DNA of 54,455 nucleotides from Girardia tigrina (taxonomy: Eukaryota). Below, piece after piece: positions 22,979 through 37,089 of the stretch. The DNA is taken from NCBI GenBank assembly GCA_001938485.1, contig MQRK01231253.1:35641-90095 (forward strand), in the 5' to 3' direction. Position numbers and translations under genes: made by a program. Position 1 is the stretch's first letter. Each line of letters starts with the position of its first letter. Below the pieces are notes generated by a model. The model ran no database searches. It was not told the DNA's origin and worked only from the letters and a program-made list of their open reading frames with translations.

Positions 22979-24765
22979 TAGGGCAACCTTTTTTGTTAAC
23001 TTTATTGAATAAAAATTTTTAAAAAAATCATATATATATAATTTATTTATTCATTGAACTTTGTTTTAATAATCATGATTTAATTGAAAACATATTTTTT
23101 AAAACGAGTCTTTGAATTGATAAAAAAACAATAAAAATTCAACGTTAAATAAAAATGTTTCCCGGAGAATTCGTACTCGGAGCAAAGTCGGAACTGTTTT
23201 GTAATATATGTAGTTTTACTGTCCAAATCGAAAGAAAGTCGTCTGAATATAAAAAACAGAAGTTCAAAGAAACATTGATCCGTGAAAAAAAATGTTGAAG
23301 AAATGCCGAGCATCTCAAAGCAGACATTTTTAAAAGATACAAACGAAGAATTTACGGAAAAACTTCTTCTTGGTTTCTGATCTTCAAATATACCGCTGCA
23401 TCGACTTAGAAATCAATAATTAAAAGATTTATTTGATTATAAGGATTTTTTTCTAGTTTCAGAAACAGCAGCACGATCACATCTTCCAATTATGCACGAA
23501 AGAAATATTTTACAACTGAAGAAACATTTTAAAGAAAAATTTTTTTTATTATTATTGATGATAGCGAAATTAATAGGAAGAAATATTTAAATACTTTAGC
23601 TAGTTGTATTGAATGGCCGCATAAGATTTCACATATTAATGGTGTTGAATTTCAATGGTCTATGAATTATCATATTGTCATATATACAATTGAAAAGACT
23701 TTTGAGAAATATCAAAGTGATTTTAAAAATATTGAAATAATTATTTCTGATTCTGCGAAATACATGATTAAAGCAGTAGAAGATATAAAGAAAACATACA
23801 ATGAAATTCAACATGTTCAGTATCTTCTACATCTGCTTCATAATTGTGTTATGAAAATTCGACTATTTTATTCAAATATTGACAATATTGTGGCAACAAT
23901 AAAACTTGCTTCACATAAAAATAAAACTGTTCAATCAAAATTTAGTGAGATTGGTCTTCCATCAAGTGTTGTTGTCACAAGATGTGGAGGTTCGTTAGAA
24001 GCAGTGATGTATTTTTGTGACTTTTTTCCCAAAGTTAAAATCATTATTGATTCATGTGAACCGAACGGAATATTGATGTCAAAAGCAAAAGAAGCATTAA
24101 TTTACCAAATATAGCAAATGAACTTTTAAATATTAAACTGAAGTATGGAGTATTGGTAGGAATTATGAAAGAATTTGAAAACGGGAAATACAACATTAGA
24201 ACAGGTTATGAAGTGATTAAAAATTTAACATATGAAATTGATAAAGCCGATATATGCGCATATATTGATGATAGGCTAAGTAGGAATGATGTTGAAAAAT
24301 AGCATTATTGAAAAATGATTGACTTTCTCCATTTAAATATCTAATTTTGGGAAATTGTCCTGCAACTTCAATAGTTGTTGAAAGAAGTTTTTCAATGCTG
24401 AAAAAAACTCTTAGAAAGAGACAGAAATTTTAATGCAGAAAGTGTATAAAAATATTATAACAAATCATCACTTTCTGATAATACAAAAATAATTGAAGAG
24501 TATTTGCCTGATTAGTCCAGTCATTCGGAATAAAATAAAAATTACTAAATCGTCATTTTCCTTTATGAATTTAACTTTGATATAAATAATCTATATTTAA
24601 CTGAAAAATTTTTTTTATGTTTATGTTAAAGAACAAAAATAACAGATGCAGTATCTTAACAAATTTACCATTTTCTAATAAATGTTATACAATTCATGAT
24701 ATTTTTAAAATCAGTAAGACGTTGCAACTTTTTAAAATTGATTTGCAACGTTTTCTGTTGCCTTA
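22979..24765 (+). mobile_element. hAT transposon
   Basis: Short TIRs TAGGGCAAC / GTTGCCTTA; degenerate 8-bp TSD GTTATCAA / TTTATCAG. Confidence 0.75.
23155..24512 (+). pseudogene. hAT (CGGBP1/DUF659-like) transposase, disrupted
   Basis: LFCNIC, SNIPL, IIIDDS, SDSAKYMIKA, HxxxxxHLLHN, VVTR(W>C), CPATSIVVERSFSMLK. Confidence 0.85.
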
Positions 24766-26018
24766 TTTATCAGACATATTTGTATTAATGAGGAACACAC
24801 GAAAGAGCGACTAAACACAAGGTTTTAAATAAATCAACAAAGATGGTCGAAAAGACTACCTTATGAACATGCTGGCTTACACCAAGAAACTAGAAATACC
24901 GATTGTAAATAAAGTTATATGAATATCTTTCTGAATTTTAAATGTTGAAATTTTTATTTTTTAAAACAAGTTCTGATCATATCGTCATTGATTGCAAAAA
25001 CGACGTAATAGTTTGAAAAACCCTAAAATGATAGTCAAATACGATTTTAGAGATTATAGAATATTTCGTGTTTCATTTTACTTAAAACTCTTGATTTTTG
25101 AAAACATAATTTAAAATAATTATAAAATTACTTATTTTACAAAAATCTGAAAGATGATAATTTTCTTTAGACTTGTAAAAGTAATTTAATAAACAAAACA
25201 AGTCTCAATTGGAAATAATTACTTTAATTAACATATGAAAAGATTCATTTTTTTATTTTATAATTTATACTTTAAAATCATCTTTAATTATTTTGTTTCT
25301 TATTATTTTAGAAACTGATTTTATTTTCGCAATTATTCTTTAATAATTCATTAAAATAATAAAGAAAATTCTTCGTCGTCTGATTTGTATCGGAAGGACA
25401 GTCAGAATTAATCAACATTCGAAAAACTGAAGAACACTTAAACCAGAAGTTGATAAAGTAAACTTTAGGAAAAAATTCATTGATAAAACAAATTAACTTA
25501 AAAATGAAATAAAATTTAATTAATTATTTTTTTTCATAATTATAATTACATTTAAACGTAATTTAATTATTATTACTATGATTGTTTTGATAATTATTAA
25601 TTTAATATTATTGATGGTGACTGGTCGTTTCATCACGTTAGCGCTCCGTGAGGTGTTATCGCTTTCTTTGTTGTCATCATAAAATTTACTGCTTTATGGT
25701 TTGTTCGTAATTTAAATCGCGTACTGAAAAAATGTTTAAAATATTAGGTGAAATGAACAATCACTTATAACACTTTTCGAGTAGAACTTTAACCAATCTC
25801 ATGTTTTCGCATCGTCTTTGACTCGTCTGCAATTACTTGTTCATTGTTACTGCCATCTATCAGTAAACATACAACATCTATTGGGTCAAATGATGCATCA
25901 GTATCTAATATAAATTATATGATAATCAGAACAATAAAGCAAAATTTTAAACTCTTTTGAAACGACCGTTCAATAAAATGACCTTGATGAAATGTCAGCC
26001 CTTTTTTGACAAAGGACT

Positions 26019-26549
26019 TGTGAGGAATATTTTAAATTTGGTATGTTGAAATTGGTTTGTTGAATTTTGTATGTTGAGTTTAGCATTTGGAAATGTGTTT
26101 CTCCCACCCAGATGGAAAATTGATAATTTAGATGTTCACGATAAATAATTATTCGGATATAATTTACATTTTAAAGTACAGCATAAGATATTTAAAAAAA
26201 TTAAAAATATTAAATCTTTTCAAATTTTCATATTAAAATTTAAATAAAATAAATAGTTTTAACTAAGTTTCGAATTAAATAAATTTTCTTTCTCTATATA
26301 AAATAATTTTTAAATAAAATTAATATGTAAATAAAATTAATACCAAAATTACCAAATTTGAACTGTAAAAATAAAATCTGAAAATAATGAAAAATTTGTT
26401 CGAATAATTGTTTATTAACAAACATTAACAAAAAAATTATCAATTTAGAACGATGTCGAATGACGAGAGTTTTGCTGAGAGTTGTCCAAAAGACAATTCT
26501 GACTGTATTGAAAATAAAAGTTTGAAAACCCATGTTGGTGTTCTTAATA
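26019..26549 (+). repeat. Solo LTR
   Basis: TGTGAGG...CTTAATA with exact 5-bp TSD GGACT. Confidence 0.85.
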
Positions 26550-27914
26550 GGACTATATGATATTTTTATTTAATACATTATTAAGTAATATTTTGCTTAA
26601 GTTTATTTTAATTATGAAAATACTTAGATGGTTACCAAACCAGATGTCCTAAATAACCTGACGCTTCAAATTTACAGTAAAAATTATCGACAGACTCAAG
26701 ATAGCATAACATATACCAATGTCACTGAACCAAAACTTATAAGAAATCATTAATTTCGATCGAACCGATCATGGAATTATTAATTTCTGCAAAATCGAGA
26801 ATAAAATAAATCAGAATCTATTTTATATTTTTCGACATATCGTGGAAGATATAAGATCAAAAGATTTCTATATCGAAGAAGCCAAATCTCAAGAAAATTT
26901 ATTCCAAAAAAAAGTTAAATTTAGTGGACCACATTTTTGATATTCACCGACAGAAGACATTAATCAATGCTCTAAAAGAGAGAGCAGCTTTTCCAATCCG
27001 TCTAAATCAACTAAAGAAAATCTTAGAACCAAGAAATTTCAATAAGGAAATTTCAATAAACCATACGATGGAAACTACGAGAAACCAGTTGTACGTTATG
27101 GCTTACAACAAATATTCACACACGTCAAGATTGCCCCCCAAAATATTAAGATTTGCTATTGTTTCAGAGAAAAAGAGTGTATTAGTACTTGAAACTTGCA
27201 TTACATAAGATAATTTTGACTATCAATATTTCAAGAAAGATTTGCAGCAATGTGATTTGGAGAAGAATGTGATTTTAACGATAAAAATGCCATTATATCG
27301 TTGCTTTTTTAAACACATCACTGTCCATCAATACTGTTTTGTTTGAAAATAATTTCTTTTGTACTGAATGATTTTAAAATTCAATCAACAACTACGAATT
27401 ATAAGCTTCACAAGCCATTTTAAAGTTTATTATTCCAGTGTTCGAAATCATGGCCAGTAAAGAAAATTAAATCCAGTTTCATCAAACTATAGCAACTGAG
27501 AGTCTTTGATCAACCTTTTTTTATAGATATATTTTATGTGAATTTAAAACATCGAAATAATTGCGTTTATCGCCAAATTTAACGGTCCTTTTCCTAGTAA
27601 CTCCAAAATGTTTTAAATAATGGAATATCATCCTCTGTGATTTATTAATTTTTTTTGTTTTTTAAAAAAAACATTTTTTCACCCTTTCTTGAGGTAGTTT
27701 ATATCGGCAAGAATTATTTGTTCTTCTTACAGTCATTTAGTCTTTCGTTCAAGAGGAGCTGTAAGGGCCTTCATTGACGTAACAGAGCCAATCGTGACAG
27801 TAACCTTTAAATAAAAAATGTAGACGACTTACGTTACGGCCGGGGAAGCATACAAATTCGAGCGGTTTAAACTGCGAGTTTTTGAACTTCGACCCCGTAA
27901 GACGCGATGATTTA

Positions 27915-28091
27915 AACTCTTTAAAATTAAATATTTTTGAAAGATTTAGAAACATTTTTCGAATAATCATTAATAATACAAAAACCAAATTAGAATGATG
28001 TCAAACTGTGAACGATTTTCCGCGAGTTGTTATGACTCTATATGTGATAATAATACATGTTCAAATAAAAACTGTCCTAATGCTCTTAATT
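27915..28091 (+). repeat. 3' part of an LTR of the same family
   Basis: TTAGAATGATGTCAAACTGTGAACG...GCTCTTAAT matches the 3' ends of the solo LTRs. Confidence 0.65.
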
Positions 28092-28298
28092 ATTTCTCAG
28101 TTATTGTAAATAATATTGTAAACTATATAAATTAAAATTAAAAGAATGATGTCAATTACATAAATTATTTTATGGTTATTTGAAAGAAACATTTAGATAA
28201 TAAACGTTTACATAAATTTGATATTCGTAAATTGTTTCAAATATATCAAGTTATGTCAGAATTTTGAAACTAATAAAAATATCGATTGAATTGTTATA

Positions 28299-29571
28299 TT
28301 GGGTCGGCCAAAAAGTCATTGCGTTTTTTACTAAAATATTTATTATCAAAAAATGACATGGATGCACAAATATTTTTACACGATATACTGCCAATTATTT
28401 TCTATCACTTTCTTCCACCTTTCCGGTAGCTTCATTATTCCAGATTCATAAAAACCTTTGCCTTTGTCAGCAAAAAAGCGTCTAGGAACGATTTGATGTC
28501 ATCATCACTGGCGAATGTTTTTCTGTTTCAGGATTTCTGCAGTGATCTAAATAAGTGAAAATCCGATGGGGCCAAGTCTGGAAAATAGGGTGGGTGCGGC
28601 AAAACCTCCGATAAGAGTTTCTGGCGAGTGGTCAAACTTGTATGTGGTCTTGCGTTATCATGCTGATTTACAACTCCTTTTCGATTTGCCAATTCAGGAC
28701 GTTCCTGTTGAATTGAATGAGCCAATGTCTCCAGCTGACTACAATATCTGTCTGAATTGATGGTTTCATTCCTCACTAGGAGTTCAAAAAACACAATTCC
28801 TTTAAAATCCCACCAGACGGAAAGCATAACCTTATTTTGGTGAATTTCTACTTTTAGGATCGTTTTCGCAGGCTCACCATGTTTTGTCCATGATCATCGG
28901 CGTTCCACATTGTTGTAAACAATCCATTTTTCGTCACCCGTAATCAAGCGCTTCAAAAATGGATCACTTTGTTCTCGCTTCAAAAGAGAATCGCAAATGT
29001 CTATACGTTTCACCAAATGAATTTCTTTCAGTTCATGTGGTAATCACATATGGAGTTTACTGACGAATCCTAGTTTCTTTAAATGACTTCCAACACTTGA
29101 TTTTGATATTTCCAGAGTCTGTGCAACTTCTCCTGTCGTCATATGTGGATTAGATTTGATCAGTGCTGTTATTTTGTCGATATCAACTTCAACTGGTCGA
29201 CCGGAGCGTGGTGCATCTTTCAGATGAAATTTTTCAGAACGAAATTTAAAAAACCAGTATTGACACTGTCGAAGATTTAAGGAGTCACTATCATATACAA
29301 AACATATCTTCTTATGAGCTTGCACAGCGGTTTTCCCTTTGCGAAAATAATGTAACAAAACATGACGAATATGCTCATTTTGATTTTCCATTTCGAATTG
29401 ACGGTAAAGTAACAAATTAAAACAAAATCAATTAATATTTTGTATAAACATAGTCTGAAAATTAAGGTTTCAGAATATATAATTGAATTTAAATTTTATC
29501 ACATCGTTATATAATTTCAAACTTTTAATTAGGACGTACTCAAAAACGCAATGACTTTTTGACCAACCCAA
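28299..29571 (-). mobile_element. mariner (DD34D, mellifera-like TIR), defective
   Basis: TA TSD; TIR TTGGGTxGGCCAAAAAGTCATTGCGTTTTT; TGDEKW, HDNARPH, PDLAPSDFHLF. Confidence 0.95.
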
Positions 29572-30049
29572 TAAAATAAGTTAGTAAACATATTAGCATT
29601 TTAGTTTTATAAAAGTCGAAAATAAAGTCGTAAATTTATAAAATTAAAATTTAATAATAAATAACTTATAAATATTTATAATTTGATTAAAATTTATATA
29701 TTGATATTTATATTTAGCAAGTTTTATATCAGGTTTGTGTGAAGTAAGAAAACATCGTTCCTGATAAATTTATTTGAAAAATATTTCATTTTTATATTAA
29801 TAAAGGTTTGTGTTATGAATTATATCTTTGATTACGAACCCAACAGTTAAGAAAGTTTAGCTAAGGAATTATAAAATAATAAGGAATAATAATAACAATA
29901 AAATAATAAAAATAATAATAGTGTTAATAAAATTTAATAAATAAATGTTTTAAATATTTCTGAAGGATAACTTGAAAATGTTAATAAATGTATCAAAAGT
30001 AATTTTAGGTGGTTTAAACTACAAAAGTATCATTAATTCTCAATATTCA

Positions 30050-30600
30050 CTGTTTATATTTACATTTTCTATCAAAATAATATTTCTTCAATATCAAATT
30101 AGTTTGAGCAAGTCATGAAGAGGTCTCTTTGTTAACATTGATTTGGGACAATAAAATTTATTATTAACACAAAATATATTATATTTTTGAATTCTTAAAA
30201 AGCATTCTTGGGTCTAAAACTGGATTCTCTCCTAGACAAACGTCTCAGTTTTCCCAATGTGAGAACGATAAAATTTTATTTTGATGATATATTTAATGAT
30301 ATAATATTTTAAGGCTTTTTTATAAGAATAAAAGTAGAATTATAAACTGATATGAAGATGAATTAAAAGCCTTAGTTATAATCTATATCCAACGCAACCT
30401 AAAAAATAATTTCTGTTAAATATTATTCTTCTAATTAAAACTTAAATAAATAATTTACAAAAGAAATATTTCCTGATCAATATTAAGAAACCTTTAATTA
30501 TTTCTTCAAAAGACATCTTTGCGGAAGGAGGATTTGTTTGTAAATTCAAATCCTTTAATTATTCCAAACATGAACGACAATCTCTTTGTCCTACTTTTAT
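30050..30600 (-). pseudogene. Possible R4/Dong-like non-LTR reverse transcriptase remnant
   Basis: Minus-strand fragments GQRDCRS, LNIDQEI and VA(W)IDYxKAFNS appear in the order of EQKGC...LLID...AWIDYKKAFDS; needs indels. Confidence 0.4.
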
Positions 30601-31655
30601 TGAAGATATTTTTTAAAATAATACAAAACTTGAAATAAGGACCACATAAAAATACGTATAGAAAAGAATTTTTTGAATCTAATGAGTTATTATTATAAAT
30701 TAAATTAAATTACATCAAACAATTCGATTTAATTTAATTCCAAAAAAATCCATATAATTAAAAAAATAATTAAATCAACTAATCAAATCAATTTACTGAA
30801 TATTAATTAATTAATTAAATTGGATAACTTTGTTTAAGTTAATGACAAAAAACCAATTAAAATCAATATTGTTATGGAAATAGAAATTGGATGTATTTTC
30901 CTCTTCCATTAACTTTATTAAATAACTAGATATAAAGAGATGAGGAATATTTATTAATTAGAACAATAAGCATCCGGTTGTTAAAGTCGATTGTTAAATC
31001 ATTCGGGGATATAAAAAATAGATAAATGTGGTTCTGGCTAAGTCAAAATGAGTGACGCGAAATTGTCCCATGAGATTTGTTGTACAACTACTTATTTTCT
31101 TGTTTAATTTGTTACTAAACATTCGTCGAGTGATCTTGAAATGCAAGTGGATTACCTAATCCAGGGAACCCAACAAATGATTAGTGATCCGATTGGATGC
31201 TTCACAAGTAACATCGTGCAAAATCAGCTTGTTGAGTTTATCTGTGACACAAATCAGCAAACATCGACTGGTCCAGAATACTTAAGTACTGATTTTGGGT
31301 CGATAGCGATTTCAAAATTTGTCAAACGTGAAACTTTAAAGTCGTCATTTTTTACGGCCGAATTGTCACCGGTAAACAAATTCGAATTGCAGAGAAATTT
31401 GGTGTTTAAATTCTTCTATCGAGTTTTGTAAGTTAGATTGACTATTTTCATTAAGGGAATGGTACAAGAACCGATTTTATTGCAATGAAAGACAGATTGC
31501 AATTCGAATTGAATTATTCCATCCATTTTGATTGTGGAAAAAATGGCATATAATTTCAGTTTCCCGCAAAAATTCTCCATCTCTACATATTAAATTTTAT
31601 TCAATTGATTAAAATCCATATTTATTTCATCTTTTATTTTCATATACATAAATAC

Positions 31656-31696
<41 letters not shown>

Positions 31697-31761
31697 GCAA
31701 GACTGCTACAATTATCATTATTTATAAATATTTACATATATATTTAAAATAAGAAAACTTT

Positions 31762-31895
31762 TGTGTAGTGTTTGCATGTTTAAATGCTGTGTATTGATTT
31801 TGGATTGTACCTTTTCTAATCAGATGGATGATTAATATTTGAATTCTTATAATCTGAAACTAATTTATTTAAATTTAGATTTAATATTCAAATTT
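31762..31895 (+). repeat. LTR 5' fragment related to the 19044 LTR
   Basis: Shares CAGATGGxTGATTAATAT...ATCTGAxACTAATTT with the 19044 and 47239 copies. Confidence 0.7.
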
Positions 31896-32051
31896 TTATT
31901 ATTGTAACTTTTAAATATTTTTTCATATTTTTTAATATGAAAAAAAGGATATAAATAAACTGTTAACAAAAAATAATTACTTTTATTTTTGTAAAATTTT
32001 AAATAATTAAAATCCAATTAATGTTTCAAAGTAATTTTTTATTTTAGCCAA

Positions 32052-32606
32052 TGTGAGTAGGAATATTGTTTAATTATGTAATTATGCAATAATGTTTAAT
32101 TATGTAATCAATATTGTTTGTTACTAACAGAAGTAACTAAGATTAATTGCATAATAATTATTGAGTGATTGTTGATTAAATTGATTGTGTAAAGTCAATT
32201 GTGATGATACAATAATATTGGTTATTTGTCTGATGTTGAATGTATGCTGAATGTTTGTTGATAGTATGTATGTCTTTGTGATTGTAAACCAANNNNNNNN
32301 NCTTTGAAAATATGAGTCATTATAGCATCACTATTTTCCCCATTAAATAGACTAGATTGTTGATATTTTGTTATAGTAATAAATCTTATAATCGGAATTT
32401 GTTATTTGATATTAAATGGATAACAGCCAATAAAATTTAAATTAAATAATTTAAATAAAATAATTTTCTTCAAGTTAGTTCAGATTGTAAGGAGGAGTAT
32501 TAAACATTGAGTGATGGATTTAAATGCGAGCGATGCTACGGATTGTCATAGAGATGATCAAACATGTCAATGTAATAAATGTTATATCAAATATGTGAGT
32601 TCTCTT

Positions 32607-32610
<4 letters not shown>
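32052..32610 (+). repeat. Divergent solo LTR
   Basis: TGTGAG...GTGAGTTCTCTTAACA; 3' end matches the 19044 LTR end; TSD obscured by (TA)n. Confidence 0.65.
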
Positions 32611-32657
<47 letters not shown>

Positions 32658-34809
32658 GTTAAAAAATTAAGATCATTGTTGTCGTGAAATAAATCATTAA
32701 ATAAAAGTTTCAAAAAATTATTTTTGCATTTATTTTTTATTTTTAGAAGATATTATTTTTAACAAAACTAGTTGGAACAATAACCACATTATTCCCATTT
32801 ATACAAAATAGAATTATATTATAAATCATTTGACATATGCATCAGACATTTTCCAATCTGTTGTGTTTTGAATTATTATTTAATGTTAAGAATTCTCTTG
32901 AAACTCAGATTTATTTCCACAGATTTAATGGTCCGTTAATAAAAGTCGTGGCGTTCGGTGATATGCTTTCTGTAATTAGGAGATTTGTGACCTGGAGAAC
33001 CTCAAGAATCTGGTTTCCAGAGATAAATAAATCTCAGGGCTCGCTGCCCAGAATATAATAGTGAAATAATATGATAAAAAGGATATAAATAAACTGTTAA
33101 CAAAAAATAATTTCTAGCATCTCAAATATGAAAACGATAAATCTTTCTTTCATGTTTCCTTCGTGTTTTAATACACCGTTTTTGTAATTTTAATTATACC
33201 GACGAAATTTATTATACAGAAACAAATGAATATTTTAATTTATTTAAAATTCATATTAAAACAATATGCGAAATAATTAATGAAAACAATTAACTATAAA
33301 CAAGTGCCGCAATAAATGCATAAAAAGAAAAGGAAATAACCTTTCTTTCTATTTTGTGGCTAATAAATGATTGTTTTATGGATGAACGTTTCCCTTTTTC
33401 ATTCCTGTTCAGAATTTTCCCTAATTATCTTTCTTAAAGAAATCTTCAACTCGGTCTCATTCCAAATTATTAATTTAAATATAATTCCAAAAATATTAGT
33501 TGAGCTGGAAAATAATTAATTATTGTTTATTGAATCCAAAACACATTAAGAACGAATATTGAATATTAAATTTTCGGTTAAAAAACGCTTATAAAAGAAA
33601 TGTTATTTTATTTTATTGTTAAAGATTAAATGTTTCACTCTTGAACGCAAATACCAAATAATACTTTTTTAATATCAGATTATCAGTGCTAGAAATACCA
33701 ACAAAATTGTAAAGGAAGATTTAAATCAGAGAGTGCAAATCATGTGTGCAAGCCGGGCAAATATACTTCCACGTAGTGTCGCTGGGGAAACTAGATTGGG
33801 TAGATTTTCTCGGAGACCGGAATATAGTCCGTCTTTAGGTCAAAATATCAGAAAGCTATCCGATATCTACACCGACAGAATTTTGTAGTACCAGTGGGCT
33901 AGAAATCGTCTTACAAGGTAATAGCTTTACTAATCTGGGTGTGGTGGCTGTAGAAGTAGTGACCCTGCAATCGATGGTGATGTAACATTGATATGATAGC
34001 TGATTGATATTCAAATGTTTTTTTTTCAATCAGACGGAGCGGTATTGCAATGCAATCTGTTAATACAGATAGAACAGTACACTGTCGATCCCCAGTTGGA
34101 AGTAGGGGTATGAAGATATCATAAGTGTCCTAATCTAAATTTTGAAAATCTTTGCAATTTGATGATGAATAAGTTGAATGAGATGCCCTAAAAAACTCTA
34201 AATTTTCATAAGTCATATTCCAAACTAAGTTAGGCAGATGATGAAAGTATCAATTGTTTGGATGTTTTGAACAATTCCAAGGTAACCAAGGACATTTGGT
34301 AAACAAATGAGGTTATTCTATGTCAGGGTTGCAAGTTATTCATAACAGAATGGATTTTATAGTACTGTTGCAACGCTCCGCGCCACGGTCATCCGTCTTT
34401 GCCTCCGAAAACTTTGAAAAAGTCATACCTTCCGATGCCGAACCGTTGACGCAAGGAATTGCGAAATCCAGCATTGGCATTTTTTTCAATTTAGACCAGC
34501 GGGACAGGCTGACAATCGATATCGCCCGTGCCGGTGCTCGAGTTGTACGAGACCCAGCGGTTCCGGAACATCAGCGCTGACAGATACTGGTGAAAGAGGA
34601 CCGTGTAAAGGATAACGCAAATTTCTTATTCAATTTCGTTTTCCAATAACAAGACATGGATTTTATTTCAATATATTTTTTCATCAAAACAAAATTTCAA
34701 ATGCAAAATCTCATCAACTTGATATGTATAAACAAATTTACGATTGATAATAATAATTTTCAATTTTACATTTATTTTACTTGTTTAAGAAAAAAATGAT
34801 AATAATAAA

Positions 34810-35150
34810 GATTTGACTACAAAAACAAACACCACACCCCATCAGCAACCACATTCGATTCAGCAAAACTTACAAAATAAACTTTTATCACTGATATGGC
34901 CGTCCCCTGGAATCAGAATCACATAGAAGAAAAATAAGAAGGAGCAACTAATATCATAAAACAATTTGATTCCTGAACATTCTTCTAAGAATTCAAGTTC
35001 TTTTCTATTTCATGTCATGCCAGGTGCTTAGAAAAATACAGAATTTGGAAGGTAGGAAAAAATATAAAGATTAAAAACCAAAACTAATTTAATAAGGTTG
35101 CATATATGTATTAGTGGCAATTATTAAATAAGAACTTAACATTCGTCTCG
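34810..35150 (+). pseudogene. Possible restriction-like endonuclease remnant of an R4/R2-type LINE
   Basis: FITDMAVPWNQNHIEEK resembles IIDxAVPxDxN..EK. Confidence 0.35.
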
Positions 35151-37089
35151 ATGTAAAAGATCTTGGTCGATGACGTTAAATGTTAAAATGGGTAGAATTT
35201 TGAATTCTCTGTTTATAACTTAAATATTATATTAAATAAATAATTTTATCATATATAGAGAAAGATTTCCCAAATAAACATACATTTATCAGTATAGTGC
35301 TTCGTATAAATATCTATTATTTAGCGTCCTAATAACATAATTATACCTCCATTACTTTTGTGAGGCGATTAAACTGCAATTTCATAAATAACTCCCGAGT
35401 GATATTCGAATGCTTCCCGATTTGGGCATTCATCATCCATTTGAACTGAGATCCAGTCGTTGAATAAAATGTAATATATGTATATATGAAGGAAGAAAAA
35501 AACTCTTTGAATGATAACCAAAATTTTATTATTATTAAAACAAAAAGTATTTTGTGTTATTATAAATAATTTATGAAGGCATTTTAGTATATTTAATTAA
35601 TATGTATAAGTATTTGTATGAAAATTAATTTTTCCTTTCGATATTTATAATTTTGGTATTTTACTTTTTAAAGGTTGTCACTACAATTACATACAGTTGA
35701 CAAGGCCTTACAAATACATTAGAGATATCCTTGTTGCACCAGATAGAAAGAAGAGAGTCGATCATTGAAAGAAATTATTTAATTTCTTTATCATGAAGGA
35801 ATAACTATTCTGTTAAAATATAATGTATAAAATGTACAATAAATAATATTATAAATGAAATAAGAGATAAAATTATAAAACTAGCTTTGTTTATAAATAA
35901 TGACAAAATATTCATCAGAGATTTATTGATTAAATACAGAAAAGATATTTCCTATTTCAATATAATTAATGTTATCCCATAGGGAATGCAACCTAATTTA
36001 CTCAATAATTATCTATAATAAAATGCCTAAATAATGATATTTATCAATGCAATTGTAATGAACTATCCGTAATAAAATTCTAATATATTCTTTATTTATC
36101 ATTTTATTATTTTTGAAAAATATTCTCTACTTAAATAAGGTATAAAGAAGTAAACAAAAGAATTAATTATAATTTTTGAAAAAAAGGTTTTTCACTAGAA
36201 TTTATGAGATTATTTGTGATAAAATTTATTGTAACACGTATAACACCGCTTCATAATGTAAAGAAATTATGTTTGGCTATGAGAGCATGGAGATTCGGTT
36301 ATTCCGTTGTTTATAATAATTATTTTTTATTTAGGGATTATTCCCATTTATTGTCCAATCAAATGCAAGGGTTCCGGAAGTTATGGAAACTGCTTTTCTT
36401 AGTAAAATTGTATTAAAAACTTTATTATGTGTTCAGAAAATAAAAAAACTATTTTTTCTAATCAAAATTACATATATTCAAAAAATTTATAATTTAAACA
36501 AAAACCGAAAAAGAATTTATTCGATACATCGGTCATCAGGAATCAATGCAAGCCAGCAACCGTCTTGAAAAATCATCACCAATAATTTTTAGATTTTTAG
36601 GTCTAATTTCTTTTAATCTTTTGTCAAAGTTGTTTTCAGAGATTCAACGTTAAAGAGAATTGTTAGGAAAATTTTTGAAAGCAAGTTATATTAAATATGT
36701 ACAAATTAAAATTTTTGATGTAATTAAATATGTAACATTCGAAAAAATAAAATTACTAAAATTAAGATCAATTAAATTGCTAATAAAAATTTTTGAGAGT
36801 TTTAATATAATATAAAAAGTAAAAAAAAGTGTATAATTTTTATGTGAAACGATTTTAAAAAAGTAATAAAATTAAATGAAACGATTAAATATTTTAAAGT
36901 GTTATCGTAATTATAGAAATAATAAAAGCAAATTATGAATATTTATGTATTTTTATCTATATCGGTTTAAGATTTATGAAACAAATAGTTTCTAAAAAAA
37001 ATAAATTTGTTTAAATATTAGATTTAAACATTTTTTTGTGGTATAATAAAAGTTTTAATGTCTGATACTAATAATTCTGACGATTTTCC

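Noticed and set aside
32484-32600. Cys-rich host exon bounded by CAG and GTGAGT
   Set aside because: Better explained as the LTR 3' end; GTGAGTTC..TAACA also ends the 19044 LTR.
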